A stretch of 62,951 nucleotides of DNA, counting the filler, from Phoronis australis (lineage: Eukaryota; Animalia; Phoronida): NCBI GenBank assembly GCA_002633005.1. It is 7 parts of 7 records of this genome, joined end to end, with 100 filler letters (N's around TTAATTAATTAA, not from the genome) between each part and the next. Parts side by side here need not be neighbours in the genome. Positions count along the whole stretch, not along the records: positions 1 to 8,444 come from NMRA01000112.1; positions 8,545 to 32,941 come from NMRA01000164.1; 5 more parts are not named here. The stretch is one strand, 5' to 3'. Both the position numbers and the translations under genes were made by a program. How positions within the stretch are numbered: position 1 is the stretch's first letter; every line of letters begins with the position of its first letter. The notes beneath the pieces are model-generated. The model saw only the letters and a list, made by a program, of their open reading frames with translations. It searched no databases and was not told the origin of the DNA. Shown here one piece after another: positions 1 through 12,300 of this stretch.

Positions 1-977
1 TTTTTTTTTTGCGCCTATGGCTTTATCTCCTAAACCGTTCGCAGGATCTTTATGAAATTTAATTAGTGTATTTATATGATGTTAACAACAGACGATGACG
101 ACTTTTGGACGGATCCGCGTACCAGTGTGCCCCTAGTGGCAATTTTATTTTTTTACGTTTACCTCTGTATGTTCACAAGTCCTTAATGGATTTTCATGAA
201 ATGTGGTACCTATTAGTGCGATGACCTTATCCTCCCGTTTTCGGATGGATTCAACCTAGTTTGCATCACCCAGTGGCCATTTTTACTGTTTTTGAGTCTG
301 TTTTTTGGCGTCCGCCCCTCTATCAACCAAACCGCTCTAAGTATGATTGTGAAAATTGGCATGTATGTTCTTACTATGAAGAGGATGGTTGACCCCGAAT
401 TTCCCATGACTTTGATTACTGTGGCGCCTCCTAGTGGCAGTTTTTTTGAGCCCATGGCTGTATCTCCCAAACTGTTTGCAGGATCTTTACTAAATTTAGC
501 AAGTGTATTTATGTGATGTTGACAACGGACGATGACGACTTTAGGAATGATTCTGACAACCCGTATGCCTCTAGTGGCAATTTAAGTATTTTACATTGAC
601 CTCTGTATTTTCATAGGTCTTCAGGTGTATACTTTGTGTTAATTCGTGACTATGAAGGAAAAGCTCCAAGTTGAAATTTGTTTCTGGCATTCTAATGCTG
701 TGCTAGTCTCGTATGTTGGTAAATTTGTTTTTAATTCTATGTTTCTGTGGTGCTTTAAGCAACTGATGTATAGGATGTGCTTGTATTATGAAGATCACTC
801 ATATTTTGCCCCTAGCCTATTGAGGAGACAGTGACCATGCCTTTTCCTTTTGCAAAGTACAACATACTACATATATGCCCTCTACTGGCCACTTTATGGT
901 ACCAATAAACAACCCTGGAAGGATACCGTATGCGGTGCAATTGTGGGCGCATTTCAACGCTCTGCATTGCTCTTGTT
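1..977 (+). mobile_element. Helentron/HINE-like dispersed repeat with internal ~150-bp tandem units (copy 1, 5'-truncated by window edge)
   Basis: Units carry a CCCCTAGTGGC-type motif at 127, 263, 424 and 565. The 3' terminus tgggcgcatttca...ttgctcttgtt (944-977) is shared with the copies at 12510-13804 and 22447-22995. The superfamily is inferred from architecture (internal tandem array, ends in TT). Confidence 0.65.
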
Positions 978-1231
978 TGAAGAACTCTATGTTTCTTAAA
1001 ATGAACCAATCTAATTTAAAAAAGCTGCATTTTCGTTATTTCATATTGAGTGTTATAGCAAGGGATTGGTACTCTTGTTTTTCTTCAATGTTCCTAGTCC
1101 TTTGCTAAATTTTGCTAAAAAAAACTTGGTCACGTGACCCAATTGATGAGAGATTGGCATAAAATTACTTTTAGAAACTTTCACAATTTTAGATGTTTGG
1201 CTAAATAAAGACTTGTCAGTAAGGCTGTGCA

Positions 1232-1630
1232 TGTTTCACCGTGGCTGGTAAATACAATATTCCTTTCACTCTGGCTGGTAAATACACTATCCCTTTCACA
1301 CTGGCTGGTAAATACAATATCCCTTTCATACTGGCTGGTAAATACAATATCCCTTTCACACTGGCTGGTAAATACAATATTCCTTTCACACTGGCTGGTA
1401 AATACAATATTCCTTACACACTGGCTGGTAAATACAATATTCCTTTCACACTGGCTGGTAAATACAATATTCCTTTTACACTGGCTGGTAAATACAATAT
1501 CCCTTTCACGCTAGCTGGTAAATACAATATTCCTTTCACACTGGCTGGTAAATACAATATTCCTTTCACACTGGCTGGTAAATACATTTCCTATTCCTTT
1601 CACACTGGCTGCTAATACATTTCCTATCCC
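1232..1630. repeat. 30-bp minisatellite (ctggctggtaaatacaatattcctttcaca) x ~13
   Basis: Near-perfect tandem units are directly visible. They explain the three repetitive ORFs at 1216-1615. Confidence 0.97.
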
Positions 1631-1789
1631 TTTGCTCTGAATGACCCTAACAGCTTAGCAGTCTCCTTTCAAGTAGTGCATCAGTGGGATAATTCATAAT
1701 AAAGCAAATTGTGGGGAGCCTGTCAGTGTGTCATTGTTAATGTGAGTCAGAAAAGCATGCTATGTCAACTTTTCTTTTGCACTTTCCAG

Positions 1790-4700
1790 GAAGCCCGCAT
1801 ACGATCTAACCATCCGTTTGCGATCCAGCTATTGAGTGACAGTCGAGCTATTGTCCACGAGCATATGCCTTTATCTCCGCCTGCACCGGGTGATGACTCA
1901 GAACTAACCAGTGATCCTGTGCTAGAACAGTTCGTCTATGGGATGAGACTGGATGCCAAGTAATTAATTTAAAAGTTTTTAATTAAAATATATATGTGGG
2001 TCGAGTTACATTTCAATATGCTTCATCTCTTACATAGTTACTGACTTAATACATGGTTGGGGCCCATTTTATGACATAATGTCTTATTTAAATTACTTTT
2101 TGTGTTGAGTTTGGTTGTTGTCATGCCTTCAGTAATATTGATCAACAATTATTGACAAACATGAAGCCAGAAAGAAGGACACAAGTGTTCGGACCCTCTG
2201 ATGCTGGGACACATATCAACGTAAGCTGCACTGAGAGACGATAAAATATTTCACACGATATTTGTGAATTATTGATTCCGTGCATGGTTGTGAGATTTGA
2301 TTTTAGGAACAGTTGACTAGGGAAAGGCTTGTGTAACGGAGTTTGTGAATGAAGTTTGAGTATCATTAAATTATTTGGTTATGTCCACATGAAGTTTGAG
2401 TTTGTTTCAATACTAAATAGTTGAAAATCAGTTGGTGATTTGAGATATTTCTCTCTGTGTTGTCCAGGCAGGGTGGCAGTGCCGTAATTGTGTCTGTTCA
2501 AAACAAACACAAGGTCAGTGGTTTTCTTGGTTACGCTGAGATCAACATCCTGTCGCTGTTTGTTTATGAGACATTAATTCATACACCAGCTCAGGATCAC
2601 ACAATAGGTTAGTACAGAACTGAAATCTGCGCTCGACGACTTAATACGCATTCTTATGTTTTCCAAGACTGAAATAATTCTCTCTTTCTGTTACTTCTTT
2701 CATTGTTCGCTTGTTAAATTTGTTGCAATCTTGCAAAGCTTTTGCGTGTCTGGAATTTTATGCATCACATTTCAGATGTGATTAACTTGCTGCTGTATTC
2801 TAACCAGTTGACTTTCTCTTTATTGGTTCCAGCTTTGATTGTAGAGAAGGGCAAAACTTTCATAAGTCTTCGAAATGGTATGTATGAATTGACACATTGA
2901 TTTGTGCTCAGCAGTTTTACACTCAATGTAATTAATAATAGTTGGTAATTTAAAATGCAATTCTTACTTCACTAATTATTTGTTTTCTGAAGTTGAAATT
3001 AAAGCTGAACGGTTACCTTAAAGATTTCGTATAAAACTTTAAATTAGTTAATTAACTGTCTGACTTGGGTTATTGCACACCAGTGAAGTCAGCTAGAGTA
3101 CAATGAATTATACCAAATGCAGGAAAACCTATTCAGTGTGTGGGTTCTTAAATATGTTGGTCATCACGTACTTTATACAATACAACACAATACTATGCAA
3201 GACTGTACAAAGGCTGATGGAGACAAGGATACCAACTAAAAGTACAAATAAGACCAAGGTACGATAATTTTTCGTGTATTTAGCACACAATAGGGCGGAT
3301 GGGCGAAATTTTAGTTTGCAAAATTAATAAAGATTTTTCCAAGAAAATAAGACCAAGAATATTTAAATATATTTAGCTTGGTTTGCACTGTTAAGATGTC
3401 ATAAAGAGTATTTGGTAATGCCTGAGTTGCACCAAGGTAATGACCTGGTGACAAATGAAGACATTTAGTTTTATTGATAGTATTGTTTTTTGCGAAATAA
3501 GTGAGAATAACGGTACCGAACAAGTGCAAATAAACTAAAAAAATCAATGCACGAATGACATGCAAAAGTATCTGTAGAAATTTTGTTCTACAGTGACCTC
3601 TGTTGGCAGTAAAGGCTGGAAACGCACGGACATTGGCAAAACAGTTGTGCTACCTTATGGTTACTCTTACCTGTTAACGAGCTTTGTGAACGAGACATCC
3701 ATGGAAGCCAAATGTGTGGTCGTCAACTGCGAGCCAGCAAGTGTGGTATACCCAGTGAGACATTGGCGTGTCTATGATCTGACAAACACAGATTTCAAAG
3801 TAGGTACTAAATCATTTCATGGTATTGTAATGGGGCTTGATGGATTACTGCCAGTAGTTTGCCAAAATTTAATATTTTGCAAAGTTCAACCCTGCAACAA
3901 TTAAACAATATTTAGAATACAACACACATTCAAAACACACAGTGTTATGATTTACATGCGCTTGCAACATTATTTGTCCACGGAAACACTTCATTAGCAA
4001 TTCATCTAATAATCAATTTAACATTCTAGGTAAATACACAATGTGTTTAAACAACAATATATTATAAAACACGTATTTAATCAATGTGAATCGGATTCTC
4101 TCCGGCTTCTTTAGATTAAAAATTCTCAAATGAAATAGGGCAATAATACCAAAGTGTCTGCAGTGGATCATTATAATAATCTTGAAGTAAACCCCACTAA
4201 CTGAAGCTGAATCCATTATAGTGCCACCCCCAAATGGTCACAACATGGCCGTCATACAACTCCCTGCAATCAAAGACAAAAAATTCTGTAACCGACTGCG
4301 TGTCATGGTAAAATCTAGATAACACAACAGACTGGACCCAACTTCATGTACAGTAGTGATAAGTTTCTCATAAGAATAATACTCAAAAGTAGACAAATTG
4401 CAAATCTCACAAATTTGAATGTAACTTTGGTAGGTTCACTTATTCAAAGAAAATTTGCATTAAAATGTGTATTGCTATTGCTGTGTGATTTTGTGAAGAA
4501 ATTGTCACTCTTGTAATTTCTTATGTTTCTTTTGTTTTCCAAATTGATTCTCTTTCATTTATGACATGAAATAATATAATATTAACCTTTATTTATTAGA
4601 AAATGACCTAAGGTTTATGGTTTGTCATAAACTAAATGACATTCAATTGTCTGACTTAATTGACTTCCTATATGTTATAAGTCTCAGCAATTTTTTTCTC

Positions 4701-4930
4701 ATGGTTTTTTCATATCTTCTAAATGATATGTTGTAACACTGTCATAGTGCAGGGTTTTCAACGACACTTATTTTTTGTTTCTGGATTCCAGAACTTCACA
4801 TGGGAACTTAGAGAGAATGAGTGCCAACATGTGCTGACACCTGGTGACAAACATTTGATTTCATCAAAGTTCCAACTGGACACTCGCGTGCAAGCGACGT
4901 TCTCATTGTCTCTGTCTGTAATTGGATTTG
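1790..4930 (+). CDS. Internal exons of a multi-exon gene; probable CatSper channel auxiliary subunit (beta-like extracellular region), partial
   Basis: Five GT-AG exons (1790-1959, 2468-2607, 2833-2877, 3594-3799, 4792-4930) have matching phases (0/2,2/1,1/1,1/0,0/1) and give an open ~233-aa read. Gene existence is well supported. The identity rests on remembered resemblance of 'YPVRHWRVYDL...TWELRENECQHVL...FQLD' to the CATSPERB W-x-x-Y...W-x5-C...YID region and is tentative. Confidence 0.55.
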
Positions 4931-5107
4931 GTAAAGGACTTAATATCTTGTTATATCATATACGTGACTTTTAAAGTCTGATGGCTAAATTTTTCACCAA
5001 TCACTTAAAATAGATTGCATGGTTCTGCATTTCTCCAGCCACTGTGTTAAGTTATCAAAAAATGAAAGATGATTTAGCCACTTAAGCTCATGAAACTGGT
5101 CTGGTAT

Positions 5108-5218
5108 TCCTTAGTGTGGCAAGACTTGATTTCCATTACTAACAGTCCTTAGTGTGACAAGAATTGATTTCCATTACTAACAGTCCTTAGTGTGACAAGA
5201 CTTGATTTCCATTACTAA
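5108..5218. repeat. 38-bp tandem repeat x ~3
   Basis: tccttagtgtg(g/a)caagacttgatttccattactaacag starts at 5108, 5146 and 5184. Confidence 0.92.
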
Positions 5219-6379
5219 TGGGAACATCGAAACCATCAGCCTTCAGAAAATGTTTCAGAGTTTGTTTGGGTTGACCAAACCTCAGTTACTAAAATGGCGC
5301 ATATGTGCATTGCTTGAGACTTGAGTTACTGGCTAGCTAAATAATTGGCAAAAGATTTTCGTGAGCGTAGTCATGTTTTTCATCTCCAAAGTACTTGGCT
5401 TGTGGTGAACTTTCCCTTTATACCAAGACTCCTTATCAGAACCAATTTTATCCACATTCTTTTAGGCACAGCTTCTATAATTGTGAGTTATGCAGTTAAT
5501 TCTAGATTATATGCCATGCTGGAAACTGTTTTCCATTGTATAGTTTAAGGCCTGGGTTTTCATTGATAAAATGTCTTTCGTCTTACTTGACCAATTTTGA
5601 AATTTCAATAACCCACCTAGTCTGATTTTTACTCCTCTATTCAGATTTTATGGTTTCCATGTTTTCGTGCCCCTCAAAGAAAATGAAAAAATAGAGTGTC
5701 CCTTGATGCTTTCAAGCCTTCTATTCAAATATGATCTGATAAGGAACAGTTAGTTACCCACACTATGTGACCTAGCACTCTACTGATAACCATGCATCCC
5801 TCTATGTGGACAGAAGTGGTCCAGTTGACCAAGTGACAGTGGAGAAATTCATAAGATTTTTCCAAATGGATCATTGTGAAGGAGATGTTTATAGCATAGG
5901 CCAAGAATTAACTATCAGCAGCTAGAAAGAATGAGTGACAAAATTCCACGGTCGTTTTATACGCTCACAAAAATTTATATCTACCAACTTTTGTTGGCTG
6001 CTTTAGTTTCCGACAAGCCATGCCTTGTATGTTGATTATCTCAAAAACTTGTAACAGAGCAAGTCTCCACTGAACACAAGAAATATGTATTTCCTCTCAT
6101 CAGCATACGTTTCAGTTCAATTGCATATGACAACGATCAATTTCCATGATAGCAAAGGAAGGAAACACCCTTCTTCTAAGCCTGTCGCTAGCGAAGTGCC
6201 CGACACATACAGTCGCGCCCACATGCCCACGTAACAAAGGCGCACTGTGACGCAACAAAGACATTAGCATAAGAATAACTGAACATTTGCAACTAAATAA
6301 GAATAACAATAAAGTTACGAACGTCCCGTCACAAACTGCTTCAATCCCTGATCACGGTGAAATCTGAAATAAAAGTAGA

Positions 6380-7060
6380 TTGCAAGAATGTGACGGCACC
6401 AGTCAATTTTTGGATGCTGGATTCAACTACTGTGGCATCCAGTTAGTTTTCGACTCAAGTCATTGCTTGTCCGTCGGTTATCTTGAAACTGCTTAACGGA
6501 TTATGATGACATTTAGCATAGAGATAGATGGCTGGCATGCACCAGCACCAAGCAATTTTCGGACAGATTTGGCTACCATCGCACCCCCTGTTGGCCATTT
6601 TAGTTTTTGACAACTTAAGACAGGTTGCATGATTATCTTAAAAACTGCGTTTTATATTTCAACCTATTAAAAATTATGGGTCTGTCTTTCATTATTGGCG
6701 GATCATAATCAAATGTGGTATAGCAGTAATCCAGCGTGGATGTGCCAGCACCGGTAGTTTCTTTGAAATTGCTTTATGGATCTTGATGACATTTGACATA
6801 GAGATAGATGGCTGGTATGCGCTGGCTCCAGTCGATTTTTGGACACATATGGCTACTGTGGCACCCTGTGGGGCAATTTAGTTTTTGACAAGACAGGTTG
6901 ATAATCTCAAAAAGTGCTAGGCACAACTGGATGAAATTTGGCACAAAAATATATAGCAGGGATGGATGCGTTGACAGAAGTCATTTTGATTTGATTCGAC
7001 CACCTTCTTGGCTACTTAAGTTTTTGACAGTATTGGACAAGACAACTAGTTCTTGTCTGT
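6380..7060 (+). mobile_element. Second HINE-like repeat with ~280-bp internal direct duplication
   Basis: gatgacattt..catagagatagatggctgg..atgc..ggctac..gcaccc..tg..gg recurs at ~6505 and ~6785. It has the same unit style (gaaatttgg, cccctgttggcc) as the 1-977 family. Confidence 0.55.
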
Positions 7061-7138
7061 CGTTCATCTAAATTGATTTCTTAACAGGTCATCCGGGAGG
7101 CAATTTGTTTGCAAGTGTTGGATTTTATATTTTAACCT

Positions 7139-7855
7139 AATTACTCTGCGCGTGTAAGCGCAGTCCTGTTGTTCCTGGGTTTTCTTCAATTTTATTCTTA
7201 TTCTTATTCTTCTTCCGACCAACTTTGAGGCTTAATAACTCCAAATTGGGTGCAGGTACGGTCTTTAAATTCAGCATATGACTTTTGGCAGTATATAAAT
7301 TTTGATTGGTTATATAATCATATTCCATAATGCACCAGAAGAGGTCGTTTGGTGCAAAGGTCATATAATTTTCAAAATGCTACTCCTTCAGTTTTAAAGC
7401 TATCTTTTTCAAATTCGGTGCACAGGTATAAGTCAACATGACAATTTAAAAAATTCTTTTCTAAGTAATCGGGTCATCCAATCAGGTGAAATAGGTCAAA
7501 GGTCATTAGGTGCAAACTAAAATTTTGAGCTAGACATTTCAAATTAACAGGTCTGATTGCCACAGGAAATTCAGTTCGGAATCCAAAGTTTCAGGTCATT
7601 TACTGCAAACATGGGGTCATTAGGTGCATTTTTCTTCTGAAAATTTGACCTTTTCATTCAGCAAGTATTCTGATGTGTCAACCGTCAGACAACTGTGATT
7701 CTCAGCATTAAACATATTTGTCATGGACTTTGCATTAATTCTCCTAAAGCATGTCGTGAACACGTCCACTACCACAAGAAACTATAGGAACACCGCATTT
7801 ATCCACCTTCACTCATATCAGGCTTCTATTCTAAGTCAGCATGCGTGAATAATTG
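7139..7855 (+). mobile_element. DINE-1/HINE-like non-autonomous element
   Basis: A 5' hairpin ctgcgc-gtgtaa-gcgcag is followed by a (TTATTC)n microsatellite at 7192-7214 and repeated aaggtca motifs, the typical layout of such elements. The 3' boundary is approximate. Confidence 0.5.
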
Positions 7856-8444
7856 GCTGATCAGCCACCTCTGGAACTACTTTTGGCTGAATGGATGACC
7901 AGGCCATAAAATGATAATTAGCCAAGACCAGTTACTAATGCAACAAAGAATAATCTCGTAGCATCACCTAGCCTTGGTGGAAAGCTGTATACTGTATGGG
8001 CTCTAATAAACGCTTAGAAAAATCCATTTCACGGGGAGGGGACGCTCATTGTAGCCTACGGGGGCAGTTGAAACCCGGTTTCCCAAACGGGTAAAATCGG
8101 AAGCTAGGTTTCATCAAATTTACGCTCTGTGACGTATTTGCTGCCTATGACAGTCTTTTTGCAAAATTGTGGTGCATTGCTATCAACTTCCGTTGTTAAA
8201 TTACGATAATTTTTCAAAAAATTGTGCTCATCACAGGGCGAAAACTTGCCGACTGATGCGTCGCCGCTGAATCGCCATCGTCAATAGGAAAACTTGAACT
8301 CTTGAATAAAAATATAGTTTCGACTCAACAAATTACCTGAAATCTTCCTGATGTTTTACAATTTTTAAAGTTCATGTGGAGTCCAGATTAATTGCGATTA
8401 AGTCCAAATGTGCGCTACATCGTACTCCACAACAAGAGAAAAAT

Positions 8445-8544
8445 NNNNNNNNNNNNNNNNNNNNNNNNNNNNNNNNNNNNNNNNNNNNTTAATTAATTAA
8501 NNNNNNNNNNNNNNNNNNNNNNNNNNNNNNNNNNNNNNNNNNNN
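8445..8544. other. Artificial contig spacer N44-TTAATTAATTAA-N44 (also 32942-33041, 38217-38316, 42772-42871, 45529-45628, 47898-47997)
   Basis: Six identical 100-nt blocks. TTAATTAATTAA places stops in all six frames. Confidence 0.97.
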
Positions 8545-8905
8545 ATGACAAAGACTTCCTCCCCCGCATAGTGCAGAAGCGTGGCTTTCTTGCGCGGATC
8601 CTGAGTAATGTTCTTTGCCACCAAATAATTGTCAAGTCGCTTAATCCACAAGTCCCAACGGGAACCAGCCGACTCCGTGGGATGAAGAATAAATGGTTTA
8701 ATCGCAAGATCTTCCATTTTTATCCTCGTCGCCAAAATGTTGTGTTCGTAGAACCAGTAAAATAACACAGATGAGAGTAAAATATAATACGTCTATTCGC
8801 TTGGAGAACTAATACAAGAAGGGGATGAGCACGTGGCTTGTGGGCATAAATACCACGTGACTATATTCTAAGGAAAACCACAAGTAGCATTACCAATACA
8901 CAACA
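8545..8905 (-). mobile_element. Ty3/Gypsy LTR retrotransposon 5' end: LTR (8738-8905), PBS (8722-8734), start of gag (ATG 8717), truncated by gap
   Basis: The 168-bp LTR is bounded by TGTTGTGT...ACACAACA. The PBS TGGCGACGAGGAT lies 3 nt inside it. The gag N-terminus MEDLAIKPF...RWDLWIKRLDNYLVAKNI...RKKATLLHYAGEEV is typical of invertebrate Gypsy/Mag elements. Confidence 0.88.
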
Positions 8906-9363
8906 TCCTGAAAATGTAGATCTGCCACTGGCAGTGGACTGTATCACAGATGTCCCTCTGCTTTGTGTAATGTATCACTAGCATTATCGTACAATGCGAT
9001 AAAACAATGCTTTTGCCTGTAGTAGTATAAAGGTTACGAAGGTAGATTTGGCTGGCTTTTTTGAGTTACCTCAAAACTGCTGATGTTTTTACCAGCCAAA
9101 CTGCTTACTTCCAAAGACATATTTGCAAGGGAAAGAGCGCCTTTATTGGTACATTCACAAGTTCATGGCAGAGTGAACTTGCTCTAACAGCAATCCCTGC
9201 ATGAAAAGTAGTACGGGTGCTGGCAAAAATGACCAGTTACTGAAAACAAAGCAAAGACTAGCTGGAATTTCAATCACTCGTGAACCTTGAAAAAGCCTGT
9301 GTGTCACTATGATTGTCATTATTTCATATGACTCAAAATTGTAATTTCTCTGTTGTTTTACAG

Positions 9364-12300
9364 GTGAAGATGATGTTAAAGACACAGAACCCAAAAGAAA
9401 ATATTCAGGTTTGGTTGACAGCCAGGGATATCGTATTTTGAAGGGTCAAGTGTTGGATTTCAGTCAAATTTCTGAAGATGTTGTTGTCAGAATTTTAAAG
9501 GACAGTATTCTATACAATAGAGGTTAGTGATATTCTGCCTAATAGGTGGCTATAGTAGTCTCATCATCAGTCTCATCCTTTTTGCTGTGTACAAAATTAA
9601 TGTACTGTGGAAAATATACAAATTTTACTAAGTTTTGTGCAAGAATGGTTCACATTTATTGCAACTGGTGGAAATATTATGATGTAGCATACCAGTTTGG
9701 TATTAAAGGAAACTGTTCTAATGGTTATTGGCTACCCAAGTTCCTGTATCCAGAAATAAAAAACAAGCTTTTGTCTCCACCCCGTCGATAACTGGGTTTC
9801 CTTGTTTTCTGCTTCTGCCACATTTTTGTTGAGGATTGTACATTCTCCAGTTCTGATCACATGGTTTACATGTTTGAATTTTGATTGTAAAGAGCAGCAC
9901 TGTTTTAACACTCTAGTATTTGATTGATTTTCTGTGTATGTAAGGCAGATTGTTAAATGTCAGAACTTGGTGATAAATTAATCCTGGTGATATAAACTCG
10001 TCGTGCCTATCTTCTCACCATGGTCTCATTTTTGTCCAATCATTTGTGTTCTTTTTTTTGTTGCAGATGGACTTCTCGCCATCAACAAGCCATATGGACT
10101 GGCTTGCCATGGTAAGCTACTTAGTGTAATCCTACGTGATCAATGAAAGACGGAAGTACAAGTTGAGTGCATGTTCATAGTCTGTTTTTTTATTTCAAAC
10201 AAATGTTGACTCAATGTGATCTATGTCACCAGCATAACCTTCTGTTCTTGGAAGTATGTGAAGGAGTTGAAGTAACTGTTTTAATAGCTTGCATGTAGTC
10301 AAACCCAGCTGAACTATTTTTTTCAGCTGCAGCAAATGCTCGTTGAAAGTAAATACTTCACAAACTGATAGCTAACATCAATTTCTCTACTGTAGAACAA
10401 TAACATGAGAGGTATTCAACTTCCTTTGAACAAGACGCTAATATATCCCACCATTCTGTATTATTTTGTCAAATTGTCATTTTTCAGTTGTGAGAAAGAT
10501 AACGACATTTAGTTATTTAATTAACCATAAAAGTGTTAAACAAGTTACTTATCCCTCATTCTCAGGTGGTCCAGGTATACATAACTCTGTTGCCCGAGTC
10601 TTACCCCGCCTGGCTCGTATCCTTGAGCACAGTGATGACTTGCGACGGTATCAACTGGTACATAGACTTGACCATGAAACAACAGGGGTCCTTCTTATCG
10701 CCAAGTAGGTATCTAATCTTTTAGAGACATTTTGTACTTGACTAGATGATGTTTTGTGAAACAGTGGCCAATCTAGGATATCATGAAGGAGACCTCAACC
10801 ACAATGTAGAAAGATAGGCATTTGTATTAGCCTTAAAAACAGTATTCTGACACCGTTTTTGGATATGATCCACCTATGAAATCTTGTAAGGTGGTTTGTG
10901 TCTATTAGTGTAGGATGAGTCAGAAACCTAACTTAAGGTCTAGTAGTGTGACCCAGCGAAACACGAACCACGACCTGGAGTAAAGAAAGCTGCCACCTAT
11001 CGCACTAGGCCTAACTGCCTTCTTTTGTTACATTTGACTTTTTCGTGTGTTTTTTATTAGAAATCCAGAAATGACATGGAAACTAAGAGGTATGTTTAAA
11101 CGACGAGAAGTGATGAAGATTTATTGGGCCATAACAAAAGGGGTTCCACAGCCACCAGAGGGCGTCATCAACATTCCCATGACCGAAGGGCACGTGAATC
11201 ATGTCTACAGGGTGAGCCTAACATTTTCCTGGTTCATATAACTAAAATGAGTCATCATGTACTATGCATGCATGAAGCAGATATCTCACCAAAGTCAGAT
11301 GTAGAAGGTCCTGGGTTTGAGCCCCAGAATGTTTTCAGACAGATAAGTATGAAGTCACGTTGTTCTCACCAAGGTTAAAGTTGAGCTTGTGGTGGAGGTG
11401 AATAATGCGGTCATTCGCAACGTTTGGTTAAGTTCTGAAGGGAAGGTCATTGTGTTCTGTGTTCTTGGTTCATACTTTTAGAAAATAGTAAGGTTTTATG
11501 TTTTCTGAAAAATTGGTAAGATTCAGACCGTAGGGGGAACTATACTGAACATGGGCTGACATGATTTGAGTGTAGGAACTTGAGTGTGGTGAACCACCAT
11601 ATTTAAAAAGTTCACTGGAAACGCAGAGTCAGGTGCTACGCTTATGCGAGTGTGATGAGATAGTTTGACATATTTTCCTTTTTGTGTCCATGTTCCGACC
11701 AATAGTACTCACGTGCTGCATGTAAAAGCTACTCAAAATTGCCACACTGCTACAGGTAAATGACATTGTCATCTACGAATAACATAAATGTTGAACCGGT
11801 GTGAAAACATAGATCACGAACATTTGTAAGTCTGGTCTGCAGGCCACCAATTGGTCATATCACGTGACCTAATGAGCGTAAGTCAGAAAAAAATTATGCC
11901 GCGACCGGAACTCGAACTCGGTACCTTCTGCTAACCTTGCAGACACTCTTGTTCACTGAGCCATCGGGACCACTGGTCGCACACAGATATCCAATCAAAC
12001 TTATCATCCCCCCATAAACTTGTGGCATGCAGACCAGACTTAAAAATTTGTGTGACATTGTCATAAGTGACACTCAGGATGAAATAAAAAGGTTAGAGTA
12101 TAGTTAAATACTAAAAATATATATAACAGTTTTAAAACTCATAGCTTTTATTTCTTAGAAAGCCTTTTCACCGACGATCAAAGCTTAAAAGCCTTGAGCA
12201 TTGGTAAAATAACAGTTGGTTCCTACTCAAATGCCATACATATAGGCACAAAATAAGTAATAGTTTGTAGGTAGTATTGTATGCCCTATGCTGGATTGAG

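Noticed and set aside
1216-1615. Repetitive ORFs or a CRISPR-like array
   Set aside because: Pure tandem 30-mers with no unique spacers, in a eukaryotic context. The ORFs are a by-product of unit length.
4792-9522. Fusion of the upstream gene to RPUSD4 (donor 4930 and acceptor 9364 are both phase 1)
   Set aside because: An artificial spacer separates them and the proteins are unrelated. The phase match is likely chance and an annotation trap.
11897-11971. Functional tRNA gene
   Set aside because: The cloverleaf pairing is imperfect and it is embedded in a TIR repeat. Treated as tRNA-derived.
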